Positions 56,330 to 64,000 of a stretch of 64,000 nt of DNA are shown here, piece after piece. Each line of letters starts with the position of its first letter. Within the stretch, counting starts at the first letter, position 1. The notes under the pieces are model-generated. The model did not search any database. It was not told the origin of the DNA and saw nothing but the letters and a program-made list of their open reading frames with translations. Both the position numbers and the translations under genes were made by a program. Source of the DNA: a virus. Location of the stretch: IMG/VR virus record IMGVR_UViG_3300025687_000026, positions 43,061 through 107,060 of that record; one strand, written 5' to 3'.

Positions 56330-57759
56330 GCTCGGTTACCCCCTCGTCCGACGAGTTGTCCAATGGGGTCAAGTCCCCATGTTCGAGGGTCGTTTTCGTC
56401 TTCCGTCCCTCCTTCACCACGAGTGGTTTGCTTTGGATTGTTACCGGGGTATTTTGGTAGCGTTGACGCCGCACCAGCGGTGTCAGGCGCACCCATGTTT
56501 TTCTTTTTGTCATCCTTGTCTTTCATGCGACGCATGAGTTGTCGCATTTCACGGAGAGCAGTGCGGGCTTCAGCAAGAAGGTAGTGATTTGTGCCCGCTT
56601 TCAGGAGGTCACCTTCAGGCACAGGGTCTTCGCTCATGGTCACCATACCCGGCATACTTGGTCGGTTTAAGTGAGGCATGCGCATCTTAGGCGGCTGAAT
56701 TGGGGGAGCACGAACAGGATGAAGACGAGGTCGAGGGGCGCTGGGCATCCGAACCTGCCCAAAGGGCAGTGCCGCTCCGCTTTGAGGAGCAATTTGACCA
56801 CGAATGCTCTGCTGCTCTTGGTAGCCTCGCCACTGTCCGTAGGCCTGAGGGTCCTTGGACATTGGCTGCTTACTGGCGATACCGCGGTGAGACATCTCAA
56901 CTGACAAGTGAGGTTGCATCAACCCCGTCTTGCGACCCATGGGGAGGTTGCGAGACAACAATTTAGCCCGAGCCGAGGTGCCTGAGCGACCGGTGTAGCC
57001 GCCACGAGGACGCTTGAACTTACCAGTGGAGGGCCGCCACTTGGCTCGCTCTTCAGTCTTACGACGCTTCTCTTGCTTACGCTTGGACTTCAACAATTCA
57101 GACCAAGCGTAGACCATCGGCTCACTGGCGTTCTTCTGTTGGAACTGGGGGTCAAACTCAGGGTCAGGAATGGAATCATCGAGTTCGGGTGGTAAAGGCA
57201 TACGAGCAGTCAACTCAGCCTCTTCTTCAGCGATTTTGTAAGCATCCTCCAAATTATCAGCATAACCCAAAGCCATGGCTTCCATAGCAAGTTCATACAA
57301 CTCATCCGAACGGTCGAACTTGAGAATATCAGACCAAGCGTAAGCCATCGACTCACTCATCTGAATCATTTCACCACCGGCAGCACCGGGGCCCTTAGCC
57401 TGAGCAGCGAGGCTGGTCAAGAATCCACCGGCACCAGCAGGTTGCGTTGGTTCAGTGGGTGACTCACGAGGTTTGAACAAAGACTCTTCTTCTTCCATTC
57501 CCTCTTCGGGTTTGTCACCAAGACCCATGTGATGACGACGCACCTTGATGTGTCGAATCTGACGGTCCTCCTTTTCTTCCCGCTCCTGCTTTTTCTGCTT
57601 GCGGTCCATCCGTGCTTCTTTGTCACGAGCATCTTCCAAGCCAGTAGGGGTTTCCTCGTCTTCGTGGTTTGCACGGAACATGTGCGAAGACTCGGAGCGT
57701 GGAGCGTAGATGCGGGTGTCCGAGCCACGACCCATCATGCCCTCAGTCATCCATGTCAC
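56326..57759 (-). CDS. Modular low-complexity protein (477 aa) with an acidic insert between duplicated motifs
   Basis: SESMAYAWSDILK ... SEPMVYAWSELLK; basic/Pro-rich C-terminal half. Confidence 0.65.
   Translation of the reverse strand: MTWMTEGMMGRGSDTRIYAPRSESSHMFRANHEDEETPTGLEDARDKEARMDRKQKKQEREEKEDRQIRHIKVRRHHMGLGDKPEEGMEEEESLFKPRESPTEPTQPAGAGGFLTSLAAQAKGPGAAGGEMIQMSESMAYAWSDILKFDRSDELYELAMEAMALGYADNLEDAYKIAEEEAELTARMPLPPELDDSIPDPEFDPQFQQKNASEPMVYAWSELLKSKRKQEKRRKTEERAKWRPSTGKFKRPRGGYTGRSGTSARAKLLSRNLPMGRKTGLMQPHLSVEMSHRGIASKQPMSKDPQAYGQWRGYQEQQSIRGQIAPQSGAALPFGQVRMPSAPRPRLHPVRAPPIQPPKMRMPHLNRPSMPGMVTMSEDPVPEGDLLKAGTNHYLLAEARTALREMRQLMRRMKDKDDKKKNMGAPDTAGAASTLPKYPGNNPKQTTRGEGGTEDENDPRTWGLDPIGQLVGRGGNRA
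57098..57357. repeat. 29-bp imperfect direct repeat (57098-57126 / 57329-57357, 26/29), spacing 231 nt
   Basis: tcagaccaagcgta(ga/ag)ccatcg(g/a)ctcact. Confidence 0.85.
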
Positions 57760-58147
57760 CTCCAGTTAGTGAATCGAAGGCGTCGAAGAGCACTTCGCTG
57801 AGGTCAGTATAGACGCCTTTAACGACCGGGTTGACTGGGAAGGCCCGGACCATGTTGTTCGTCATGTGTTCGTGTTCTTGAAGCAAACGGGCTGTAAGTT
57901 CACGCACCGGGATTACAACTGAAGGGTCATCGTTGTTGAGCAAAGTGTGGAAACTCTCCTTCAGCATTTCAAACAAAAAGGGTGCTGTCACCACGATTTG
58001 ACCGTAGTGCTCAAAACGCTCGGCCATTCGCTGAGCATAGTCGACAACGCTCATGATGTCTTCATCGTTGAGATGAGGTCGAGCGATAACGAGGCGGTAG
58101 CCGGGATGAGCCACCTGCAACAAGTCGGGAACAGGGACTTCCATCAA
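57743..58147 (-). CDS. Hypothetical protein (134 aa)
   Basis: Coupled ORF with GAGGAG RBS. Confidence 0.6.
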   Translation of the reverse strand: MMEVPVPDLLQVAHPGYRLVIARPHLNDEDIMSVVDYAQRMAERFEHYGQIVVTAPFLFEMLKESFHTLLNNDDPSVVIPVRELTARLLQEHEHMTNNMVRAFPVNPVVKGVYTDLSEVLFDAFDSLTGGDMDD

Positions 58148-58857
58148 ACGAACTCCTCCTCGACATGCCCAATGAGTTTCTCACGAATACGAGCCCACGA
58201 CTCGGGGCTTTCTTTGCCCAGTTCAACCTTGAGGATGTTGATGGTGTTGTGAATCTCGCCGTTTTCTGAAGTCGGGCCCCAGTTTTCTTGCATTTTCACG
58301 AGGTCCTTGATGGACTCCCTGACTTCCTTGTGCAGCATCACAGCGTCACGAACGAAGCCGTCTTCATGCACGCTGCCTTCGTTAAGCAGTTCAGACAATT
58401 TGTGATTAAGCAATTCAACATTCGAGCGCAGTGTATCAACCTCTTGACCGACAACCATGGCCACCTCAGCCACGGCTGCGCGTTGCACCAGCGGTTGAAA
58501 GTGATGCTTCATGTGGTGGTAGACGCTTTCTTCACGGATGCCCAACTCTTCTGCGATGGCGTCCGATTCAGAGCCGTCAGCAAAGTAACGCTGCTCAAAC
58601 TCAGAGCGTCGTGGGTCGGCGCACACCTTGCACTGGGGATTAGACGCCATGTGGAACTGACCCATGTGGTTGCGGTAATGGCGGTCGCTGGTGTTAAAGC
58701 GCCAACCCATGTCCTCATCGAGTTGCTTGGCTGCTATTTCACCCAGCAACATGCCCTGTTCAAGTTCTTCACGAGACGGATGTTGACAAAAAGGGCAGGA
58801 CCGCTTTGTGACACGCTCCGCACCCCCCATGCGTCCTTCTAAAGCAGCATCGGACAT
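58144..58857 (-). CDS. Tandem CxxC...HxxxH zinc/HTH protein with coiled coil; candidate terminase small subunit
   Basis: CPFCQHP...RHYRNH and CKVCADP...IAEELGI...HHMKHH repeats, then a coiled coil; upstream of terL. Start is 58857 or 58830. Confidence 0.55.
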   Translation of the reverse strand: MSDAALEGRMGGAERVTKRSCPFCQHPSREELEQGMLLGEIAAKQLDEDMGWRFNTSDRHYRNHMGQFHMASNPQCKVCADPRRSEFEQRYFADGSESDAIAEELGIREESVYHHMKHHFQPLVQRAAVAEVAMVVGQEVDTLRSNVELLNHKLSELLNEGSVHEDGFVRDAVMLHKEVRESIKDLVKMQENWGPTSENGEIHNTINILKVELGKESPESWARIREKLIGHVEEEFV

Positions 58858-58890
58858 AACCCTTTTCTCAAGAAACGCTCTCCCCGTTGC

Positions 58891-59160
58891 ATGTTCAGGA
58901 AGGTGCCTCGGGTCCCGAAACAAGTCACTGAACTAAAGAATGCAGGCAAAGACATCATAAAACGCCGCCGAGTTAGCAAAGAAGAGTTCATCCGCCGTTT
59001 AGAAGTCTGCATGGATTGCGAGTATCTGCTCAAAGCGGTGAATGTCTGCCGTCAGTGTGGGTGCTTTACCAAAGTGAAGGCTGCGTTACCTTCAGGTGAC
59101 TGCCCACTCGGGCGCTGGTCATTGAGTGAGTCGAGTGTAGATGCGCCCAAGAATGAGTGA
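58891..59160 (+). CDS. Small Cys-rich protein
   Basis: RRLEVCMDC...CRQCGCF..VK......CPLGRW, a conserved-looking pattern common in marine viruses. Confidence 0.7.
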   Translation: MFRKVPRVPKQVTELKNAGKDIIKRRRVSKEEFIRRLEVCMDCEYLLKAVNVCRQCGCFTKVKAALPSGDCPLGRWSLSESSVDAPKNE

Positions 59161-59376
59161 GGACACCATGATACCAATGAGGTAGGCGCTGACTGCGTCA
59201 GCGCTCAGCGTGTTGCCCTTGAGCATGAGAATCAAACCAAAAATCAGAATCATGCTGATGAACTGCACCATAATCATGTCTGTGATAACGCTGCGTGAAG
59301 GAGCGAAAACCTGCATACTACTTTGTGAAAACGAAGTAATGGCTTGCTGCGAATAGTTCGGTGGGTTTCTCTGCAT
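59119..59376 (-). CDS. Small membrane protein, 2 TM (85 aa); holin-like size and topology
   Basis: Hydrophobic segments MIMVQFISMILIFGLILML and AVSAYLIGIMVSSLILG. Confidence 0.65.
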   Translation of the reverse strand: MQRNPPNYSQQAITSFSQSSMQVFAPSRSVITDMIMVQFISMILIFGLILMLKGNTLSADAVSAYLIGIMVSSLILGRIYTRLTQ

Positions 59377-59385
59377 GTTTATCCC

Positions 59386-60057
59386 TCACTGTTTAGGTAG
59401 TCCCATGAAGGACCGTGCGACGCTTCCAATGCCTCCGCCCACTCGTTCCATCATGCCCTCGTCAGCCAATGCTGCTTGAAGAGCACCGCCCATCATGGAC
59501 TGTTGACTCATGGTGAGAATCTGTTGACGCTGCATCTCAGCCTGCTGAATTGTCTGCTGGCTGTTGTTCACGATTTGATTGAGAACCATAGCGACATTCT
59601 CAGCACTGAGCGTTTTGAGTGAGTCGGGCAACGAAGCGATATTGAGTTTCATCGTTCCTTCATCATCATCAATGACGAAAGTAGCGTCCTTCAGGATGTT
59701 GAGCAACGAAAGTGAGGTAGCCGTAGCCACGAGGTCAATGACTGCAGCAAGACCGCCAGTAGCAATAAAGCGATGGATAGGGTTCTGCGATTGAAGCAGA
59801 GCGTTGAGAATCTCCATTTCACTGGGAGGAGCAATCGGTTGTTGAGCATATTGTTGCATTTGACCATACTGCTGTTGCATTCCCATACCACCGACCATGC
59901 CGGACATGAAGGTGTTCTGCTGAGGTTGCATGGTGTTCACACCAAGGCCTATACCACCCTGCTGCATGGCGTTCATCCCACTCATTGGGGCTCCAGTGGC
60001 CGAAAGATTCAATCCACTGCTGGGTTGGGGCTGGCTGAAGTTAAACATCTGACTCAC
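59386..60057 (-). CDS. Gln/Met/Gly-rich protein with hydrophobic segment (223 aa)
   Basis: Low-complexity N-terminus; FIATGGLAAVIDLVATATSLSLL. Confidence 0.65.
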   Translation of the reverse strand: MSQMFNFSQPQPSSGLNLSATGAPMSGMNAMQQGGIGLGVNTMQPQQNTFMSGMVGGMGMQQQYGQMQQYAQQPIAPPSEMEILNALLQSQNPIHRFIATGGLAAVIDLVATATSLSLLNILKDATFVIDDDEGTMKLNIASLPDSLKTLSAENVAMVLNQIVNNSQQTIQQAEMQRQQILTMSQQSMMGGALQAALADEGMMERVGGGIGSVARSFMGLPKQ

Positions 60058-60995
60058 ACCTGCCCAGCGACTCCTTCGCCATCAAGGTTCTGTTGAGGCA
60101 TCAACATGGCCTGTTGTTGTGCAAGCAAGGCTTGGAACTCCGCTGTAGGCATGTTCATCTGCTGCATTTCATGCTGGAAAATGCGCAGGTCGAAGACAAT
60201 CATCGTGACATCGTTGATGCCTGTCTCGGGGTTTTTGTAATGAAGGATGCTGATGCCCTTTGTTTTGCCTTGGTCACGCTCAAGTTCAGCAAAGAAGGGT
60301 TCATACTTTTGCAGCATCGCAGGTTGCGGGTCCTTTTGCCTCACTGAAGACACAGGCACGGTCACGATAGACACGCCTCGCTTAACTTTGTCACGCAAAC
60401 GGTTCGGGTTCATCTCGCTCTGCTTGTCCTCTTCGGACTCCCACTTGGTCAGAAGATGGAAAAGATGGAGGTGCTCAGGACAGTAAGTCCCTCGCATCTT
60501 TTTACCGCTGGTGACGCGGTCACGAGCGATAAACGCCTCGGGCTGACCGGTAACGGGGTTCGACCAATACATCTCCCACAGACTACGACCGCTATCTTCG
60601 TCGCAAATGCGCATGTAGAGGTTGTCATGCTGAATCAACGCAGCACAGTTACAACCATCAATGACGCAGGTCCCAGTGTCCTTGTCGTAACGGAACTTGT
60701 TACCAAGCCAGCGCAGCGGTGAAATACGACTCCGTTTAGCGGGACGCAGTAATTTGTAAGCCTGCTTAATGTCACGACGGCGAGCCTTGCGAGGGTCGGG
60801 GTGAGTGCTGGGATAGAAGTTGACCTTCGGCACCTCGATGTTTTGAGCAGCAGCAATTCGCTGCATGCCTTGTTGAGCAGCCATCATTTCAGCAAGTGCG
60901 GCTTGAGTCAATTGCTCGTTGCCCTGTGCAGCCAACATCGCAAGATGCGCTTCGTTGGTTTGATACAAAGATGGATTATTCGGTCGCAGCATCAT
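60054..60995 (-). CDS. Hypothetical protein (313 aa) with Cys/His cluster
   Basis: CVIDGC...C...YCPEH; ATG 60995 follows a GGAGGGTG RBS. Confidence 0.65.
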   Translation of the reverse strand: MMLRPNNPSLYQTNEAHLAMLAAQGNEQLTQAALAEMMAAQQGMQRIAAAQNIEVPKVNFYPSTHPDPRKARRRDIKQAYKLLRPAKRSRISPLRWLGNKFRYDKDTGTCVIDGCNCAALIQHDNLYMRICDEDSGRSLWEMYWSNPVTGQPEAFIARDRVTSGKKMRGTYCPEHLHLFHLLTKWESEEDKQSEMNPNRLRDKVKRGVSIVTVPVSSVRQKDPQPAMLQKYEPFFAELERDQGKTKGISILHYKNPETGINDVTMIVFDLRIFQHEMQQMNMPTAEFQALLAQQQAMLMPQQNLDGEGVAGQV

Positions 60996-61182
60996 GAGAA
61001 GCACCCTCCACAGGAGCCATGACAACGACCATCTTCCCGTCCTGCACATGGAAGCGCCAATCCACATCGTCTCCGGCTGATAGGTTGAAGTGATTGATAA
61101 TCCACATGGGAACAGTGGTCCGCAGGCTACCGGTCTTAGACGACGCAGCGTGCAGCGTGGTCGTGGTCACATTCCTGCCCAT
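60976..61182 (-). CDS. AbrB/MazE/SpoVT-like DNA-binding protein
   Basis: GSLRTTVPMWIINHFNLSAGDDVDW matches the swapped-hairpin consensus. Confidence 0.75.
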   Translation of the reverse strand: MGRNVTTTTLHAASSKTGSLRTTVPMWIINHFNLSAGDDVDWRFHVQDGKMVVVMAPVEGASHDAATE

Positions 61183-61228
61183 GCTTTCACCAAGTGTGCT
61201 TCAAATAAAAGGGTTCCCCACAGGTCAA

Positions 61229-61954
61229 TCATGAGGTCAACAGGTCAACCATCGTTTTTTCAACATTCCAACCGATGCGCGTCGCCATGAAAGAGCGCTT
61301 TGACGGTATGCCTGCTTTTTGCAGACGAATGAGGTCATCACGAAAGGGGTCGAAGACTTTGTGTTCACCGATACGACCGTCGTGCCATAACTTGGACGCT
61401 GTCTCATCGAAGAAGCGGTCAGCCTTATTGGCCACCAACATGACAACCCGAGGAGCGTAGCGGCGTCCTTTAAGTCGAGAGCGTAGCGAACGATAGCGGT
61501 AATCACGGGTGATAAGACGGTCGACAAGAAAACGGAAGCCTGCAATCTGTTGCAGACCCTCATCGCCTCCTTTGAAGGCCCGCTCGTCAAACATGTAGAC
61601 CACAGCCTCCACTCCACGCGTAACCATATCCTCAATCCACAGGTTCCAAAACCGCTCTTGCCCACCGACATCGGCCGAATAAACGACTCGCTTCTGCCCG
61701 TCCCAGCCGATGCGTTTGCGTGTCGGCGTGGGCATGCTGTAAGCCCCGATGATTTTGAACATTTTTTCGTGCGTGGTCCGCTCCTCGTCAGGAATGGCTT
61801 CCATCTCACCGGGCGTGGTCATGAATCGGTCAAGGGTTGTTTTTCCGACTTTGGGGGCTCCGTAGATGCCGACTCGTCGTGGTCGCCACGAATTGTAGAG
61901 GGACTGTCCCCACACGGCAGCGCCAACCAGTGCCGTCCCTGCAGGTTCAACCAT
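61229..61954 (-). CDS. Arf/Ras-superfamily small GTPase (241 aa)
   Basis: G1 GAPKVGKT, G2 Thr (ERTT), G3 DVGGQ followed by W, AVVYMFD, G4 NKAD, G5-like MATR. Confidence 0.85.
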   Translation of the reverse strand: MVEPAGTALVGAAVWGQSLYNSWRPRRVGIYGAPKVGKTTLDRFMTTPGEMEAIPDEERTTHEKMFKIIGAYSMPTPTRKRIGWDGQKRVVYSADVGGQERFWNLWIEDMVTRGVEAVVYMFDERAFKGGDEGLQQIAGFRFLVDRLITRDYRYRSLRSRLKGRRYAPRVVMLVANKADRFFDETASKLWHDGRIGEHKVFDPFRDDLIRLQKAGIPSKRSFMATRIGWNVEKTMVDLLTS

Positions 61955-61964
61955 CGACTCACCT

Positions 61965-62228
61965 CTACCACCACTTCAACCAGTTGGTGAAGTCTTTGAG
62001 TTTTTCAACTGTCCAATCAATCGTTGATTCATAGACGCTGAACTCGGTGTTATGAAACTCGATGCCGCTTACGACGAGAGCGGTTAGAAAAGATGCGATG
62101 AGCGCTTTGACCCATCCCAATGTTCGTTCATATGCCGTATCAACCGTGTTAGCAAGATGAATCGCTCGAAGGGTTTCTTCAGTTGCATTGTCCGACACCG
62201 TCTTGAAAATACGACCCATGCACTTCAC
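61965..62228 (-). CDS. Small single-pass membrane protein (~87 aa)
   Basis: WVKALIASFLTALVVSGI. Confidence 0.65.
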   Translation of the reverse strand: MKCMGRIFKTVSDNATEETLRAIHLANTVDTAYERTLGWVKALIASFLTALVVSGIEFHNTEFSVYESTIDWTVEKLKDFTNWLKWW

Positions 62229-62794
62229 TCACCCTTCTTGGCGAATGTGCCGTCCTTTTTTCGAGGAACATCTGACTTTACCTCTTCTTCGACGCCGAGG
62301 CTAAGTGGAGCGGGGGCTTGAGCGGCATGAGTGGGAATGCGCATGTTGTCAGCACGCTGCTGGTCGTAGGTTCCAACCAGTGAAGGTGAGCCACCTTGGA
62401 CGCCCCAACTCGGAGGCATTTGACCGGGATTGGCTTCCATCCACCGCAACTCCTTTTCGAGTTGGGCTTCCTGCATTCGCAGTTCCATTTCAGCACGGCG
62501 CTGGTCGAAGGAATACTGCATGGTGCGATACTTGCTGTTGCGTTCTCGGTCAATCTGTGACATACGAGCACGCTCTCGCATGCCTTGCTCAAAAAAGACC
62601 TTGAACATGTAGTAAGCGATGCCTTGGATGAAGAACGCCCCCATGGCGTAGGTAAATCCATTCAACATCGGTGTTTCGTTCTTTAGCCATATGTCAGCAT
62701 CAAAGAGTCCGATGCCGACTCCAACCAGCGTTGACTGTGCGAGAATCAAGCCAAGAAGGCGGATTTCTGCTTCGTGCTGCGTGTCATCATCCAT
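62225..62794 (-). CDS. Membrane protein with 2 TM and coiled coil (~189 aa)
   Basis: LLGLILAQSTLVGVGIGLF, FTYAMGAFFIQGIAYYMF, then an R/E/Q-rich coiled coil. Confidence 0.7.
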   Translation of the reverse strand: MDDDTQHEAEIRLLGLILAQSTLVGVGIGLFDADIWLKNETPMLNGFTYAMGAFFIQGIAYYMFKVFFEQGMRERARMSQIDRERNSKYRTMQYSFDQRRAEMELRMQEAQLEKELRWMEANPGQMPPSWGVQGGSPSLVGTYDQQRADNMRIPTHAAQAPAPLSLGVEEEVKSDVPRKKDGTFAKKGE

Positions 62795-62829
62795 AGCGAC
62801 CACTGGTGAGGGCACTGAGCAGGTAGAGA

Positions 62830-62950
62830 TAAACCTTCCTCGGCTGGTTGTCGCTGGTTGTTCAGGTTGTCTTGAAAAAAGTCCTTACAACATATTATAC
62901 TACTACTATTGTAAATAATATAAACTATACAACATGGACAACCTTCCTCT
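62830..62950. repeat. AT-rich non-coding element with short direct and inverted repeats
   Basis: GGTTGT x3 at 10-bp spacing (62843-62871); TACAACAT x2; inverted GACAACC (62937-62943); AACCTTCCTC x2 (62832, 62940) around an AT-rich core. Confidence 0.6.
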
Positions 62951-62972
62951 TTATGCGTATGCGTATAGGGGC

Positions 62973-63998
62973 TCAGAGGAAGAGGTCGCCACCGCCAAAC
63001 ATCGGGCGGGTCAGGTCATCCTTATCGTCTTCGTCTTCACCGTGGCGCTCTTCGAGCATGCCGACCATGGCCGTAGCGATTTTCTTGTCTTGCTCATCCA
63101 TTGGACCCTGCATCAAGTTGCGTAGGAGTTCAAGGTCCTCTTTCATTGATTTCACCACACGCAGTGTGCCCTTTTCCCTGAAGTGGCGAGCCCGATTGGA
63201 ATGCTCAGGCTCAAGGGTCAAGCGATGGCCTTGTGTGTGACTGACATCCATGTGATTGTGACTTCCCATGATTCCACGGCGTCGTCGCTCTTGGTTCAAT
63301 TCTTCACGATACTTGACTTGGTCAGGACGCTTGTTGTAAGCAGCGTCGTATTCCCGCTTGTGACGCATGGCCTCAGGTGATTTGCGCTCTTTAACAAGCA
63401 CTTCCGAGCGAAGGAAGCCGCCGGACGCCATGCGAGACGCAAGCCCCCCTTGAGATTTATTATAGCGTTCCCAAAAGGCTTCATGGGGATTTTCGACATC
63501 CCATTCAGGAAACTCCTCAGCCATTCGAGCAAGAGCGATGTTGTCGGGATGTTCAGGGTGCGATTTAGCCCCTTGTGACATCAAGAAAAACTGCTTTTCA
63601 CGAGGTAGAGCAGCGGTGTTTTTTGCAGCATCAAAGTAATGCTGCAGGTAGCGATGATATTGGTCATACGCTTCATCAGGGTAAAGATGGTGTTTGTCCG
63701 ACCGAAACATGCCGCTGTAGTATTCAGTTTCATATTCACCACTGGCCGGGTCAGTCCAGTAAGATGGAACATGCTGCCCATCTTTGTTGGAGATAAAGTC
63801 AACGATGGCTCGTTGCTTGTCATGCAGTTCGTCGTAAGGAATGAGGGGATAACCCATGTCAAACGCTGCATCTATAAACTCATCTGATTTTCCAAAGAGG
63901 TCGAACGGATTCGTCATGGATTGCCGGTTGTAGACTTGCTCCATGAAAGGTTGAGTAACGGCGACTGCGTTCTCAAGCGGTTGACCAAAGATACGCTT
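62973..63998 (-). CDS. Modular protein (5' end probably beyond window) with AT-richer module and C-terminal HNH-like basic domain
   Basis: Frame is open to the window end. VLVK|ERKSPEA...DVSH...NRARH...VVK|S. Confidence 0.6.
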   Translation of the reverse strand, partial: KRIFGQPLENAVAVTQPFMEQVYNRQSMTNPFDLFGKSDEFIDAAFDMGYPLIPYDELHDKQRAIVDFISNKDGQHVPSYWTDPASGEYETEYYSGMFRSDKHHLYPDEAYDQYHRYLQHYFDAAKNTAALPREKQFFLMSQGAKSHPEHPDNIALARMAEEFPEWDVENPHEAFWERYNKSQGGLASRMASGGFLRSEVLVKERKSPEAMRHKREYDAAYNKRPDQVKYREELNQERRRRGIMGSHNHMDVSHTQGHRLTLEPEHSNRARHFREKGTLRVVKSMKEDLELLRNLMQGPMDEQDKKIATAMVGMLEERHGEDEDDKDDLTRPMFGGGDLFL

Positions 63999-64000
63999 GT

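Larger units (their letters stand above)
1..64000. mobile_element. Tailed archaeal virus genome segment (Caudoviricetes; probable magrovirus of Marine Group II / Poseidoniales)
   Basis: Complete head-neck-tail gene set (TerL, portal, protease, HK97 MCP, tail tube, TMP) plus archaeal-type thermosome, MCM-like and ERCC4 genes. GGTGA-type RBS throughout; no cellular housekeeping operons. Confidence 0.85.

Noticed and set aside
4398-58842. Numerous 60-310 aa ORFs antisense to or out of frame with the long minus-strand genes (e.g. 14390-15400, 29844-30779, 37119-37850)
   Set aside because: They lie within well-supported genes, lack RBS and recognisable motifs, and are expected shadows of GC-rich codon usage.
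60976-61182. AbrB/MazE gene as the antitoxin of a toxin-antitoxin pair
   Set aside because: The downstream ORF shows no PIN, MazF or RelE features.
1-64000. tRNA, rRNA or other structured RNA genes
   Set aside because: Intergenic gaps are very short and none showed a cloverleaf or rRNA signature by eye; tRNAscan-SE/Infernal would be needed to exclude them.

Overview
The whole window is part of a tailed (Caudoviricetes, HK97-fold) archaeal virus genome. It is most consistent with a 'magrovirus' infecting Marine Group II Euryarchaeota (Poseidoniales). Support for this: a group II chaperonin, an MCM-like helicase, an XPF/ERCC4 nuclease, GGTGA/GAGGTGA ribosome-binding sites and TATA-like promoters. 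Bases 1-4321 (+) are the end of a replication/accessory module: ERCC4 nuclease, MCM-like ATPase, DEDD exonuclease, thermosome and two zinc-finger microproteins. Bases 4330-64000 are almost all on the minus strand. In transcription order they carry a membrane-protein/Arf-like GTPase cluster, a candidate terminase small subunit, low-complexity head-associated proteins, TerL, a LAGLIDADG protein, portal, a ~1800-aa protein ending in a degenerate DNA-ligase domain, prohead protease, major capsid protein, neck genes, tail tube, frameshifted tail chaperones, tape measure, a 5660-aa tail protein and a mosaic tail fibre. The most interesting observations are: (1) a recurring 'EPM-x-x-A-W-x-x-L-K' / hydrophobic-x-K motif shared by head-module proteins, which also exists as DNA direct repeats bracketing AT-richer cargo modules (candidate modular capsid-loading and protease-release system); (2) an Arf-like small GTPase among membrane-protein genes; (3) a catalytically dead ligase in the head module; (4) a TFS/TFIIS-like zinc ribbon. 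All calls come from reading motifs by eye; no database searches were run.
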